From IMG/VR virus record IMGVR_UViG_3300013121_000008, positions 64,001 to 128,000 of that record: 64,000 nucleotides of DNA. The stretch is one strand, 5' to 3'. The notes under the pieces were generated by a model, which saw only the letters and a list, made by a program, of their open reading frames with translations, was not told where the DNA came from and made no database searches. The translations under genes were made by a program, and so were the position numbers. Origin of the DNA: a virus. Lineage: Duplodnaviria > Heunggongvirae > Uroviricota > Caudoviricetes. This document shows, in pieces, positions 31,491 to 41,485 of the stretch; positions within the stretch are counted from its first letter, which is position 1, and every line of letters starts with the position of its first letter.

Positions 31491-34365
31491 CTCTTTCATA
31501 AAATATAAAAAGAATTTTTTAAATGATTCTTTTTCTTTAGCTATTAGAAGTTTAATTAATAGTAATACTCCTTTTGAAGAAACTAATTCATTTGTTGAGT
31601 CTTTAATTAATACTCCTTATAAAGATTTTTTTGATTTGTTTTATATTACAAGCCTTTCCAGTCAAGACCAAATCTTGTTTGAGGTTTTTTCTCAAAACAA
31701 ACTCAATACTTATAATATAATTTTTATTCTTGATTACTTAGCAGAAGAGTTGCATAAAGAATATAATGTTTACTCTTCTTATAAAGAAAAGAAAATAAAT
31801 TATCTTAATAGCTTAAATAAAAGATTGGCGCAAAAAGTTTCTTCTTTAGAGATTAAGAATGGATATGATTATCTCTATTCTTTTAGAGAAGATTTTATTA
31901 ATTCTGACTATTTAGAAAACTCTACGAAAGGGCAAACAAGTAATAGTTTTTTTGTTCTTCCAATAGCGAGTTCATCTTTTATTAGTCCTCAATCTATTTC
32001 TATAGGGAATAAGAGTCAGGGATCGTTTGGTTCCTCAGATGCTGATAACCCAAATGAAAATAATTTATCTCTTTTGTTAAATGGAAAACAAATTCAATGG
32101 GAACAATTAACTAATAATGGCTGCTCTCTTAGCCTCGGTATAACTTTTGATGACACTGTAGTAAATTATATAGAAATATATTTTGAACCTGTCGCTTCAG
32201 TCAATAGCTGTATGTTAAACAGTGTTATCTCTAACTCTAATAATGAACAAAAAACGTTAGTCTCTTCTATAAAATTAGAAGCCGGTTTAAATAAAATATA
32301 CTTTTATCCTATAAAAACTAATTATTTAGAAGTTAATTTACAACAAAACAATTTCTATGTTTTTAAAAATGGAAACAACTCTGTTAAAAGAAAGGTTATT
32401 TCTTTATCGTCTATTAAGATAGGTAAGAATAAATTCAATAGAACTGGAAAATTACTTTCTAAAGGTATTGATTTACCTTCTGGATTGTATTCCGCTACAG
32501 CGAAAGTTAACGTAATAGATTCTAACGAAAATCTTTATACTTTATCTGGTAGATTTTCTTTAGATGATAAGAAGAATTTTTATGATATCAATACGATTGT
32601 TAGCTCTCTCGATATGAATAAACTTTACTATGAGTTATCAATAGAGCGTAATGACGATGCTTTCGAAAACAATATTTCTATAAATTCTAATGAACAAGTT
32701 TTTGATATCTTTTCTCAAACTCAGTATCTTTCTCCATTTAAATCTCCTGGCAATATTCTTCTTGATAAGAAATCTATAGATAATAATTTTATAGTATATT
32801 TACCCAATGTATTTAGAGTTGGAGATATATTTGATTCTTATGAAATCGGAAGAGGAATTGGCGCGAAATTACAGCTTCGATTAAAAGAAGAACTTAATTT
32901 AAAAGATATCCAAAAGGCTATACTATCAGTCGATGGAGAAAAATGGACATACGTTGAGAGTCTTACCGCCGCAACAGCTACTGATAAATACTGGACAATA
33001 TCAAAAGATAATTATAGAGATATTATTTTTGGTGATGATACCAATGGAGCAAGCCCTGTCTCCGGAAGTGTTATCAAATTCTCTATAGCTCCTGAAAAAG
33101 CTACAGTGTCTAAAGGAGAAAGTGGATATTATTTATATATAAATAATGATTTTGATCCAGATATAGAACATATTAAAGCTGTATCGATAGGGGAAAACTC
33201 TACCTTATCTAAAGTTATAGTAGAAAAGAATACTAAGAGTTTTAAATTACCTTATAAAAATATAGTAGAAAACTCTTGTTCCTTTAAAGAGAAAATGCTT
33301 ACCGGAGCTGATTCTGGAACTAAAGTATTTCTTACTCTTAAAACATTTGTAAATGGTTACGATGAGTTAACTACTGCTGGACATTACAGTATTGATTATA
33401 AAAATGGATATATATATAGTTATACTCAAACTCCATTAGACACTATCATTACATGTTCTTTTTCTTATTATCCAACACAAGAATTAAATTCAAAAACTTT
33501 CTCTATAGTTTATGATAAAACTCCAATTGGAATATTTTTAAAACCAAATGATTTACCTGTTTTTAGTGTTACTGATTATGTTAACCCTACTTCTACTAAT
33601 TTATACGAATTAACTTCTGACGGCCTAATAGCCTTAACAAAGGCCGCTCCTAAGATAAACGACTTCTCCTTCCCACTGAGTAGAAATGGCACGATCAAAG
33701 GGACCGTAAACGCTTCTAATTTATTTAATAATACTACAGTTGTGGTTGAGGAATTAGAATACATAGACGGTTACTCTGAGTTCTTGGGATTAATTAAAGT
33801 TGAAAATGAAGTTATATCTTCTTACACTGGCACCGGGGTATATTCATTTACTTTGTTCTCTGGCAGTAGTTTTTATGCTCCTCTAAGTATTACTTTTTCG
33901 GATACAACAGTTTTTGCTACCGAAAAATCTTCCGCTGCTTTAGTTCTCGCTCCTGGAGATTATTATATTTCCGAAAGTGGAGTTGTATCGGTTTATGTAG
34001 ACACGGCCTTAGCTACTGGTATATATTGTTCTTATTACTATAGAAATAATGATTTTGATTATACTAATAAATATAGTATTGATTATAAAAATAATATTTT
34101 ATATTCTTTGACTCAGTTCAAAAGTGGTGGATATATAACTTACAAAGTTGCTAATATTTATTTATCATATAATAAAATTAAAATATTAGACAATTATGAC
34201 TTTGACAGTAATAACAACTTATTAACAATTAAAACTGATAAAATTTTAACTAATTCTGATTTAGTAAAAGTTTCTTATCCAATTAAGAACAAAACGGAAT
34301 CGTTAGAAGAATATAAAGAATACTACTCCCCATTAATTGATTCTATAGATTTTGGATTTAGATAA
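31480..34365 (+). CDS. Structural protein, paralog family member 2, with baseplate-wedge-like repeat
   Basis: 961 aa; KWTYVESL...DKYWTISKDNYRDIIFGDDTNGASPVSGSVIKFS is a wedge-type motif; repeated YSIDYKN modules. Confidence 0.45.
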   Translation: MSLNSFIKYKKNFLNDSFSLAIRSLINSNTPFEETNSFVESLINTPYKDFFDLFYITSLSSQDQILFEVFSQNKLNTYNIIFILDYLAEELHKEYNVYSSYKEKKINYLNSLNKRLAQKVSSLEIKNGYDYLYSFREDFINSDYLENSTKGQTSNSFFVLPIASSSFISPQSISIGNKSQGSFGSSDADNPNENNLSLLLNGKQIQWEQLTNNGCSLSLGITFDDTVVNYIEIYFEPVASVNSCMLNSVISNSNNEQKTLVSSIKLEAGLNKIYFYPIKTNYLEVNLQQNNFYVFKNGNNSVKRKVISLSSIKIGKNKFNRTGKLLSKGIDLPSGLYSATAKVNVIDSNENLYTLSGRFSLDDKKNFYDINTIVSSLDMNKLYYELSIERNDDAFENNISINSNEQVFDIFSQTQYLSPFKSPGNILLDKKSIDNNFIVYLPNVFRVGDIFDSYEIGRGIGAKLQLRLKEELNLKDIQKAILSVDGEKWTYVESLTAATATDKYWTISKDNYRDIIFGDDTNGASPVSGSVIKFSIAPEKATVSKGESGYYLYINNDFDPDIEHIKAVSIGENSTLSKVIVEKNTKSFKLPYKNIVENSCSFKEKMLTGADSGTKVFLTLKTFVNGYDELTTAGHYSIDYKNGYIYSYTQTPLDTIITCSFSYYPTQELNSKTFSIVYDKTPIGIFLKPNDLPVFSVTDYVNPTSTNLYELTSDGLIALTKAAPKINDFSFPLSRNGTIKGTVNASNLFNNTTVVVEELEYIDGYSEFLGLIKVENEVISSYTGTGVYSFTLFSGSSFYAPLSITFSDTTVFATEKSSAALVLAPGDYYISESGVVSVYVDTALATGIYCSYYYRNNDFDYTNKYSIDYKNNILYSLTQFKSGGYITYKVANIYLSYNKIKILDNYDFDSNNNLLTIKTDKILTNSDLVKVSYPIKNKTESLEEYKEYYSPLIDSIDFGFR

Positions 34366-36326
34366 TGAGATATAAAAGTCTGACTAAAAAAAACTTAAAA
34401 CTGGAACTTATCAAGCGCTTTGTCGAAAACAATAATAGAGTTCCTTTTGATTTTGAGATAAATGATTTACTAAAAGAATATTTTAGTAATAATTTGTTTT
34501 CTTACGAGAGTGGTTTATATACGGGTCCAAAAGAAATAGAAGTATTATCTAATATTTCTGCAACACAACTAAACAACAGTTTTAATGATTTATTGTTTAA
34601 TTTTAAAAATATATTATCTAATATAGAAAGCGTTTCTAATACTTTATTTAAAAAGCATAGTGATTTAATAAATTATTTGCAACCAATAGAGAATTATTTA
34701 AAAAAAAGTAATCTTCAAGCAACTCAATTACTATTTAAAAAAGATTATTCTAATAATCTTTTGTATACTTATTTTGAAGATTTTAAATCTTTATCTACTG
34801 TTGTTTTTCCAGATACTACTTGTAGTGTTTCTCAAGGTGGCGCTTATTCTTCAATAAAAGAAATCGAAACTATTTCTAATATTCAATCAGTAAAAGGCTA
34901 TATTTATGGAAACGCAATTCATAATAATATATCTATAACGGGAGATATTAATTCATTACTTAATGAAGATGGTAATTATTATTCAATTAATATTTCTTCT
35001 TCTAATAAAGATACAATAAATTATTATTTAGAATTAACACTTCAAGAAAAGACTTATGTTAATTTATTAAAATTTAGCGGCGAATTTAATTCGCTTGAAA
35101 GTATATATATTTATATATCTGTTGATAAAAACAATTGGACCTTAGTTGAATCTAATTCAAATATATCTAATACTATTAGTATTCCAGTTAATAAAGAATT
35201 ACAATATATAAGAATTTCTTTAACTAAAACTGAATATGATTCTTTTAACGAAACTAATGGCTCTTATAATTATAGTTTTAAATTTGATAGCATTAGTATT
35301 TATAATAATGATTTTAATAGCCGCTCGATCTTAATTGCTGGGCCATATAGTTTTTATGATGAACTTGATGAATTGGTTCCTTTTAATTATATTCAATTAG
35401 AAGTTTGCGAAACTATAAGAAACAATAGCTATATAAATTATTATATATCTACTAACCAAACAGATTGGATTCCTATTTCTCCGAATAAAAAGAATATAGG
35501 ATCATCTTTGATATTTTTAAACTCTAATACTTCTGATTTTCTATCCATTAATAACGCTATCAATAATAATAGGTTAGATTATCAAAACGTTAATGGTTTA
35601 TCGCTCGAAGCGAATCAATCACTTTTGAATATTAAAATACCTATTGAACAAAAAGAATTATTGAATCCTTTAAACTTCAAGATTAAAAGAAACATAAAAT
35701 CAACAGAAGAGGTTTTTGATACTCCTTCTGGTTGGTTTTTAATAACACAAGATGATAAATATTTTTATAAAACAACTATAGAAATAGACAATCTTGAAGG
35801 CTTAACGTTAGATGTTGGTCCTAATGTATTGTTGTTAAATGGTGTAGCGGTTAGTGGAACTGTTTTAATACCTTATGGAGTTAATCAAATTTCAATTAAT
35901 TCTTCTAATTTTATTGAACTTCCTTCTGGAATGACTTCAGAAAAAGATTTTATGGTTAATGATCCTCTTTATCCTTATAATCAGAAAGCCTTAATAGAAG
36001 GTTATAACTATCCCTCTTCTTTTGTTGGAGCCAAAACTTACTTAGGCATAAGTAATTTTCATGGCTATACATTAAAATATTTAGAATATAAAGACTTTTT
36101 GAATAAAAATTCTTTAGATACATTTACAATTATTACAGATAGTGAATATATTTACGTTGTTGTAAACACGAATAAAAACTATAGTGATTGGATAAACGAA
36201 GTATATGATATATATATACCGATAGTAAATCAAGAAATTACTTCGGTTTATTTCAAAGCTGAATTCTTGACAGAGAATCTATTAGATTCTTCTACTTTGC
36301 ACAATTTTACTTTAAAGGTTGGATAA
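34365..36326 (+). CDS. Structural protein, paralog family member 3
   Basis: 653 aa; YIYISVDKNNWTLV...ELQYIRISL is a discoidin-like beta-sandwich pattern. Confidence 0.4.
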   Translation: MRYKSLTKKNLKLELIKRFVENNNRVPFDFEINDLLKEYFSNNLFSYESGLYTGPKEIEVLSNISATQLNNSFNDLLFNFKNILSNIESVSNTLFKKHSDLINYLQPIENYLKKSNLQATQLLFKKDYSNNLLYTYFEDFKSLSTVVFPDTTCSVSQGGAYSSIKEIETISNIQSVKGYIYGNAIHNNISITGDINSLLNEDGNYYSINISSSNKDTINYYLELTLQEKTYVNLLKFSGEFNSLESIYIYISVDKNNWTLVESNSNISNTISIPVNKELQYIRISLTKTEYDSFNETNGSYNYSFKFDSISIYNNDFNSRSILIAGPYSFYDELDELVPFNYIQLEVCETIRNNSYINYYISTNQTDWIPISPNKKNIGSSLIFLNSNTSDFLSINNAINNNRLDYQNVNGLSLEANQSLLNIKIPIEQKELLNPLNFKIKRNIKSTEEVFDTPSGWFLITQDDKYFYKTTIEIDNLEGLTLDVGPNVLLLNGVAVSGTVLIPYGVNQISINSSNFIELPSGMTSEKDFMVNDPLYPYNQKALIEGYNYPSSFVGAKTYLGISNFHGYTLKYLEYKDFLNKNSLDTFTIITDSEYIYVVVNTNKNYSDWINEVYDIYIPIVNQEITSVYFKAEFLTENLLDSSTLHNFTLKVG

Positions 36327-37634
36327 ATGAAATTAAATTCTTTGACTCAAAAATCAAGTCCCCAAATATTGAGGACGTTGACTGGAAATAATTTAATATC
36401 GTTGATTGCTTCTATGAACAGTCTTAACAGCGACTATAATGCTTTAATTTTAGAATGGAATAATAAATTACTTCCAGCTTTAAATTCTTTAGTCAAAGGT
36501 TCGGATGATGAGATTACAGGCTTTTCTTATAATTATATTGAAGATGGCATAAATGGAAATACTGTTTTAGTTAATAGAGAAGCTGATTCTGATTCTGAAG
36601 AATGGGAATTCTCTCCCACGCTGAATAGACAATTAACGATAAGAGAATCTTTAGCTGCTATTTATAATTCTTTATCGAATAAAGTAGATTCTATTGATTT
36701 AAATGTTTCAGCATTTACAGATTTTACTAAAGAATATATTGGTGAAGCCGCTTTTACAGAGGGAGCAGTATCGAATAGCACCTCCATGGATGCAAGATTA
36801 GAAGCTTTAGAATCTGCTACATTTCCATCTTTTACTGATACTTATTTATTATTTGGTGATGGATCTTCAACGCCCGCTACAGATTCTAATTTAGTTTGGC
36901 AAGCTACAACAGCCAGATTAATTCTTACTGGTCAATTAAGAGTTAGTAACTCTATTATATCGACTGGTGGCAATGAAAGAGGAATTGGTGCCGCCGATTT
37001 ACAATACTCTAGAAGCTCTGCTTCTCAAGTTGCATCTGGAGACGCAGCGTTTGTTGCTGGCACAAATAATACTGCTTCAGCAGCACAATCCGCTGCTTTA
37101 AATTCAGGCAATACTGCTTCTTCAAAAAATTCTTTAGCTATTGGTCAATCTACTAGAGCAGCCGGTTCTGCCGCTTTCTCTCATGGTGTAGAGTCTTCTA
37201 CTACTTACCCTTCCTCAAGAGCTTATTCTTCTGGTAAATTAGTTTCTCCTGGAGACTCTCAAGCAATAGAGCTTCATATGAGAGTTTCTACTTCTAACGC
37301 TACCCCAACTTCTCTCTATATAGAAAGCACTGGAACTAAGATTACTACTGAAAATAATACTAGCTATGGCGTTATTGCTAATATAGTGGGAAGAAATGCG
37401 ACTACAGGCGCCTCTTGTTTTTATGTAATTAGGTGTTTGGCCACAAGACAAGCAAGCGCTGCCACATTAAATCTTTCAAGTTTAGATAAAACTGTTGTAG
37501 CAGAGGATGATCCAGCTTTTGATGCCACTATAGTTCCCGACAGTAGCACTGGAACTATAGATGTAAAAGTTACTGGTTTGGCTGGAATCACTGTTCGTTG
37601 GTCTGCTGATATTAAGTTAGTAATGGTGAAGTAG
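36327..37634 (+). CDS. Tail fibre with trimeric autotransporter-adhesin (YadA-head-like) repeats
   Basis: ASGDAAFVAGTNNTASAAQSAALNSGNTASSKNSLAIGQSTRAAGSAAFSHG shows ~14-aa head repeats. Confidence 0.6.
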   Translation: MKLNSLTQKSSPQILRTLTGNNLISLIASMNSLNSDYNALILEWNNKLLPALNSLVKGSDDEITGFSYNYIEDGINGNTVLVNREADSDSEEWEFSPTLNRQLTIRESLAAIYNSLSNKVDSIDLNVSAFTDFTKEYIGEAAFTEGAVSNSTSMDARLEALESATFPSFTDTYLLFGDGSSTPATDSNLVWQATTARLILTGQLRVSNSIISTGGNERGIGAADLQYSRSSASQVASGDAAFVAGTNNTASAAQSAALNSGNTASSKNSLAIGQSTRAAGSAAFSHGVESSTTYPSSRAYSSGKLVSPGDSQAIELHMRVSTSNATPTSLYIESTGTKITTENNTSYGVIANIVGRNATTGASCFYVIRCLATRQASAATLNLSSLDKTVVAEDDPAFDATIVPDSSTGTIDVKVTGLAGITVRWSADIKLVMVK

Positions 37635-38647
37635 TGAAGTTGTTCAATAGTAATCATAATGGCAACACTACTAAAGTTAATAAAAACGAGCCATTAAAAA
37701 AGAGATTAGTTTTAAAACCAGAGCCTTCCTTTAAAAAGTCATCTTTGAAAGATGAAATGGAATTCATCAAAAAGACTTCTATAATCAAAGTTTGTGTCTA
37801 TAGAGGTTGCGGAGGTATAGGCGATATTATTATGGCTACTCCTTTACTAAAAGCAATCAAAGAAGAATACCCAAACTATAACTTATCTTTTGCTGTAGAT
37901 ACCCGAACAGCAGGTGACCTTTATGCTTCTTTAGTAAAGAATGCTCCGTTTATAGATAATGTCATTTCTGCTCAGGGAATAGTAAAAGAGAATTTTAACT
38001 TATTTAAAGATATAAGTTCTGTTTGTCTTCAGTATGAAAATTCCGGTCTTCCCCCGTTGAATAGAATTGATATATTTGCGAACGCTTGTGGGTTTAAACT
38101 AAAAGACCATTTACCTTTTTATAAGGTAGAAGACGATGAAGATGCCTGGGCTAAAGAATTTATTTCTAAAAAGTCCAATAAACCTTTATCTATAATGTTG
38201 CATACAGCTTCTTTTGATATTAAAAGAACTTGGCCAATTAACAAATATACAGAACTTATAAAAGAAATAAATAAAGAAAGAAAAGATATTACTTTCTTTG
38301 TTAATGATTTTCAAAACCACAATCCTAATTGGAATCAATATAAAGATGTTGTAAATATTTCTCAATTTAGTATAAGAGAAATTGGGGCTTTAACTAAAAA
38401 CATGGATTTATTCATTGGTCCTGACTCTGGACCTATGCATATAGCTGGGGCTCTAGGAACCAAGGGAATTATTCTTTTTGGATCTATTCCGCCAGAAGCA
38501 AGAATAAATCATTATCCTTCTTTACAGGGTATGACCGCTGGCTTAGCTTGTTCCCCTTGTTGGTATAAAGGATGTCCTTTTTCTGTAAAGTGTATGTCTT
38601 TAATTAAAGCGGAACATGTAGTGAGAAGAGTTTATGAAATTATTTAA
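37634..38647 (+). CDS. Glycosyltransferase family 9 (heptosyltransferase-like)
   Basis: GGIGDIIMATP, KRTWPINKY and DLFIGPDSGPMHIAGALGTKGIILFG are GT9 motifs; GTG start overlaps the fibre stop codon. Confidence 0.85.
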   Translation: MKLFNSNHNGNTTKVNKNEPLKKRLVLKPEPSFKKSSLKDEMEFIKKTSIIKVCVYRGCGGIGDIIMATPLLKAIKEEYPNYNLSFAVDTRTAGDLYASLVKNAPFIDNVISAQGIVKENFNLFKDISSVCLQYENSGLPPLNRIDIFANACGFKLKDHLPFYKVEDDEDAWAKEFISKKSNKPLSIMLHTASFDIKRTWPINKYTELIKEINKERKDITFFVNDFQNHNPNWNQYKDVVNISQFSIREIGALTKNMDLFIGPDSGPMHIAGALGTKGIILFGSIPPEARINHYPSLQGMTAGLACSPCWYKGCPFSVKCMSLIKAEHVVRRVYEII

Positions 38648-39785
38648 TAGTAAGAAGAACATAGAAGATCCTTTTGTGTTCACTCCTAAAACTAAAAGAA
38701 ATAGACCTATCTATATAACAAAAGAACAATCGTCTACCAGTGAATTACCTTTAGACTTTTCTAATTACTCTAATGAAGATCTTAGAGTTGGTTATTCATC
38801 TACCTGGAAAGAATCTTGTGGCATAGCTGTTTATACAGAAAACTTATCCAATGCTTTATTTAACCAAGGTATTAAAAATTTTATATATTCAAAAAATATA
38901 TCTGTTAGTGAATTATTATCTTGCATAGATAGAGATAGAATTCATGTTTTGAATATTCAATATGAACCATCAATAACTTACTCTTTAGACTCTTTCTTAA
39001 TGCTTGCTTCGGAGTTAAGAAATAGAAGAATTAAACTCTTTTTTACTTTTCATAGTGAGAGCCCTGCAACTAAAAAGCTAATAGACATTAGTAACGGTGG
39101 TATTTTTCATAAGCCACCAACCACTCAAAATCTCAATATGGATAAAGTCTTTATAGTGCCTATGGGCGTTCCTATTTTTGAACCACAAGAGTCTAAAGAG
39201 AGTTTAAGAAATAAGTATGGCTATAATCTTTCTGATAAAATATTAACAACTACAGGTTTTTTATTTACCTGGAAAGGTCACGCTAAAATACTTAATAAAT
39301 TAGTTCCTTTCTTGAAAAAAGATTCTAATTTAAAAGTTCAACTGTTAACAGCTTTTAACAGTATCAATCCTGCCGAATGTATTTTAGAAAATAAAAACGT
39401 TAAAAATGTTATAAATTCAAATGGATTAGAGAACCAAGTTCAACATATAATTAATTTTCTTCCCCAACAAGAACTAAACGAAAGATTATATATATCTGAT
39501 TTAGGTTATTTGTGGGGCGCACTAACTACTACTTCATCTTCTGCTGCATCAAAAGAATTCATAACATCTAGACTTCCATTAGTTGTAACTAATAGTAATC
39601 ATTATCATGATATAAATGAAGGAGCTATTAAAGTTTCTATAGATGAAAACATTTTCGTGAATACTATTATGAACACCGACAGTTCTAGATTGCAAACGTT
39701 ACGAGAACAGATGCAACACAAGTATAACAAGTTAAATAATAATTCTATTATATTAAAACATATAGAAATTTTTAAGGAAAAATAA
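38634..39785 (+). CDS. GT-B fold glycosyltransferase (GT4-like)
   Basis: CGIAVYTENL, LTTTGFLFTWKGH and LPLVVTN patterns; cluster context. Confidence 0.7.
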   Translation: MKLFNSKKNIEDPFVFTPKTKRNRPIYITKEQSSTSELPLDFSNYSNEDLRVGYSSTWKESCGIAVYTENLSNALFNQGIKNFIYSKNISVSELLSCIDRDRIHVLNIQYEPSITYSLDSFLMLASELRNRRIKLFFTFHSESPATKKLIDISNGGIFHKPPTTQNLNMDKVFIVPMGVPIFEPQESKESLRNKYGYNLSDKILTTTGFLFTWKGHAKILNKLVPFLKKDSNLKVQLLTAFNSINPAECILENKNVKNVINSNGLENQVQHIINFLPQQELNERLYISDLGYLWGALTTTSSSAASKEFITSRLPLVVTNSNHYHDINEGAIKVSIDENIFVNTIMNTDSSRLQTLREQMQHKYNKLNNNSIILKHIEIFKEK

Positions 39786-40580
39786 ATGATCTCAATAGGT
39801 ATTCCTACAGTTAATGGCTCTCATAGATTGGAGAGATGTTTAAGTCATATATTCAAAGATAATTCTGTACAAAGATTTAAAGCAGAAGTAATAGTTGTAG
39901 ATGATGGTAGTTCTGAATGGTCAATAGAAAAAAATAAACAATTTTGTGAACAATATGGAGCAAAATTTATAGAACACAAAGAAAGAAGAGGAGTACCCAC
40001 TGCCTGGAACACTCTTGTTAAATCATCTAGTAATGATTTAATTATCCTTTTAAATGATGATATAGAGGTTATGAAAGATTGGCTTGATGTCGTTGTGTAT
40101 ATATTAAATAATAACCCTTCTATCGGAGCTGTAGGACTGAATTCTTTTGAAGGTGTAAGACATGAAATGCCTAGCGTTCCTAGCTATGTAGAAACTAAAA
40201 CTATGTTTGGCAGCAAAAATTCACCTTTACTTTCTTGTTGTGGTAGCGCATTTGCTTTTCGTAAAAACGATTGGCAAAGTGTTGGTGGGTTTGATGAGCG
40301 TTATTTTTGCTTTTATGAAGAAATAGATTTTTGTATATCTTTATTACAAATTGGAAAGAGATCTGCTATGATTTCTTATCCCGTTCTCCATCATTACGTT
40401 GCAGAAACTACAACAACAATTTTATCTGATCCGCAACAAATTATGAAAGAAAGTCAAACTAAGTTTGAAGAAAAGTGGAATTTGAAATGGCCACAAATAA
40501 GAGAGAAATTTAATCATAAAACCATTCCACCTATTCCAGAAGTGGAAGAATGGAACTCTGCATATAAGGTATGGGTATAA
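39786..40580 (+). CDS. Glycosyltransferase family 2
   Basis: ISIGIPTVNG, VIVVDDGS, IILLNDD and VGGFDERYFCFYEEIDF motifs. Confidence 0.9.
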   Translation: MISIGIPTVNGSHRLERCLSHIFKDNSVQRFKAEVIVVDDGSSEWSIEKNKQFCEQYGAKFIEHKERRGVPTAWNTLVKSSSNDLIILLNDDIEVMKDWLDVVVYILNNNPSIGAVGLNSFEGVRHEMPSVPSYVETKTMFGSKNSPLLSCCGSAFAFRKNDWQSVGGFDERYFCFYEEIDFCISLLQIGKRSAMISYPVLHHYVAETTTTILSDPQQIMKESQTKFEEKWNLKWPQIREKFNHKTIPPIPEVEEWNSAYKVWV

Positions 40581-41476
40581 TGTCAAACAAAGTAACAATA
40601 GGAATACCAACGTATAACGGCTGGCTAAGAATTCATCAACTGCTTCAGAATATAGAACAAAGAACCCCTAAAAGTATTCCTTATGAAGTTGTTGTTTGTG
40701 ATGATTCCGGCAAAGAAGAACACAGGGATAGAGTTAAAGGAATTTGTAAAGACTTAGGCGCGGAGTACGTCTTTCATCAGAATAATAGAGGTGTGCCTGC
40801 CGCCTGGAATACACTGTCCCGCTCTACTGATTCTAAACACATTATTTTATTAAATGACGATGTTTTAGTCGCTAGAGATTGGTTACTCTTTCCTTATTAT
40901 GCACTTGAGAATAATAAGAATATAGGATCTTTTGGTTTGCATTGTTATTTTATTTCCCCTGGTGATGTTGCTACTTTACTACAAGGACCAGACGCAAAGG
41001 TTATACCTTTAGACGTAAAATATGTTAATGGAGTTTTAGTTAAAGATCAACGATTTTCTTCTATGCCTGAAAATACGGGAGGAGTACCTGGAAGAACAAT
41101 GTGTCCAACTGGATGCGCTTTTGGTTTTACCAGAGAAGTTTATAATGGTGTTGGGGGTTTTGACGAAAGATACCAAGCGTTTTATGAAGAAACAGATTTC
41201 GGTGTAGCGTGTTCTGTTGCCGGATTACCATCTGTTCAATTACCTTATCCCGGTAACTATCATATCTGGTCGCAAACATTTGCTTCGGCCCCAGAAATAA
41301 ACGCAAGTAAAATTATGAACGATTCTAAAAGAAAATTTGTTCAGAAATGGTCAGAAAAATTAAATTATAAGTTTAATGATGCCCCAGATATTCATAACCT
41401 TATAATGGACAAGATACCACCTTTAGAGCTAAAATGGTTAGACGAGAATCTTATAGAAAAGATTAGTTACGTATAG
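40571..41476 (+). CDS. Glycosyltransferase family 2 (paralog of upstream gene)
   Basis: VTIGIPTYNG, VVVCDDS, RGVPAAWN, IILLNDD and VGGFDERYQAFYEETDF motifs. Confidence 0.9.
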   Translation: MGIMSNKVTIGIPTYNGWLRIHQLLQNIEQRTPKSIPYEVVVCDDSGKEEHRDRVKGICKDLGAEYVFHQNNRGVPAAWNTLSRSTDSKHIILLNDDVLVARDWLLFPYYALENNKNIGSFGLHCYFISPGDVATLLQGPDAKVIPLDVKYVNGVLVKDQRFSSMPENTGGVPGRTMCPTGCAFGFTREVYNGVGGFDERYQAFYEETDFGVACSVAGLPSVQLPYPGNYHIWSQTFASAPEINASKIMNDSKRKFVQKWSEKLNYKFNDAPDIHNLIMDKIPPLELKWLDENLIEKISYV

Positions 41477-41485
41477 GAAAGTAAA

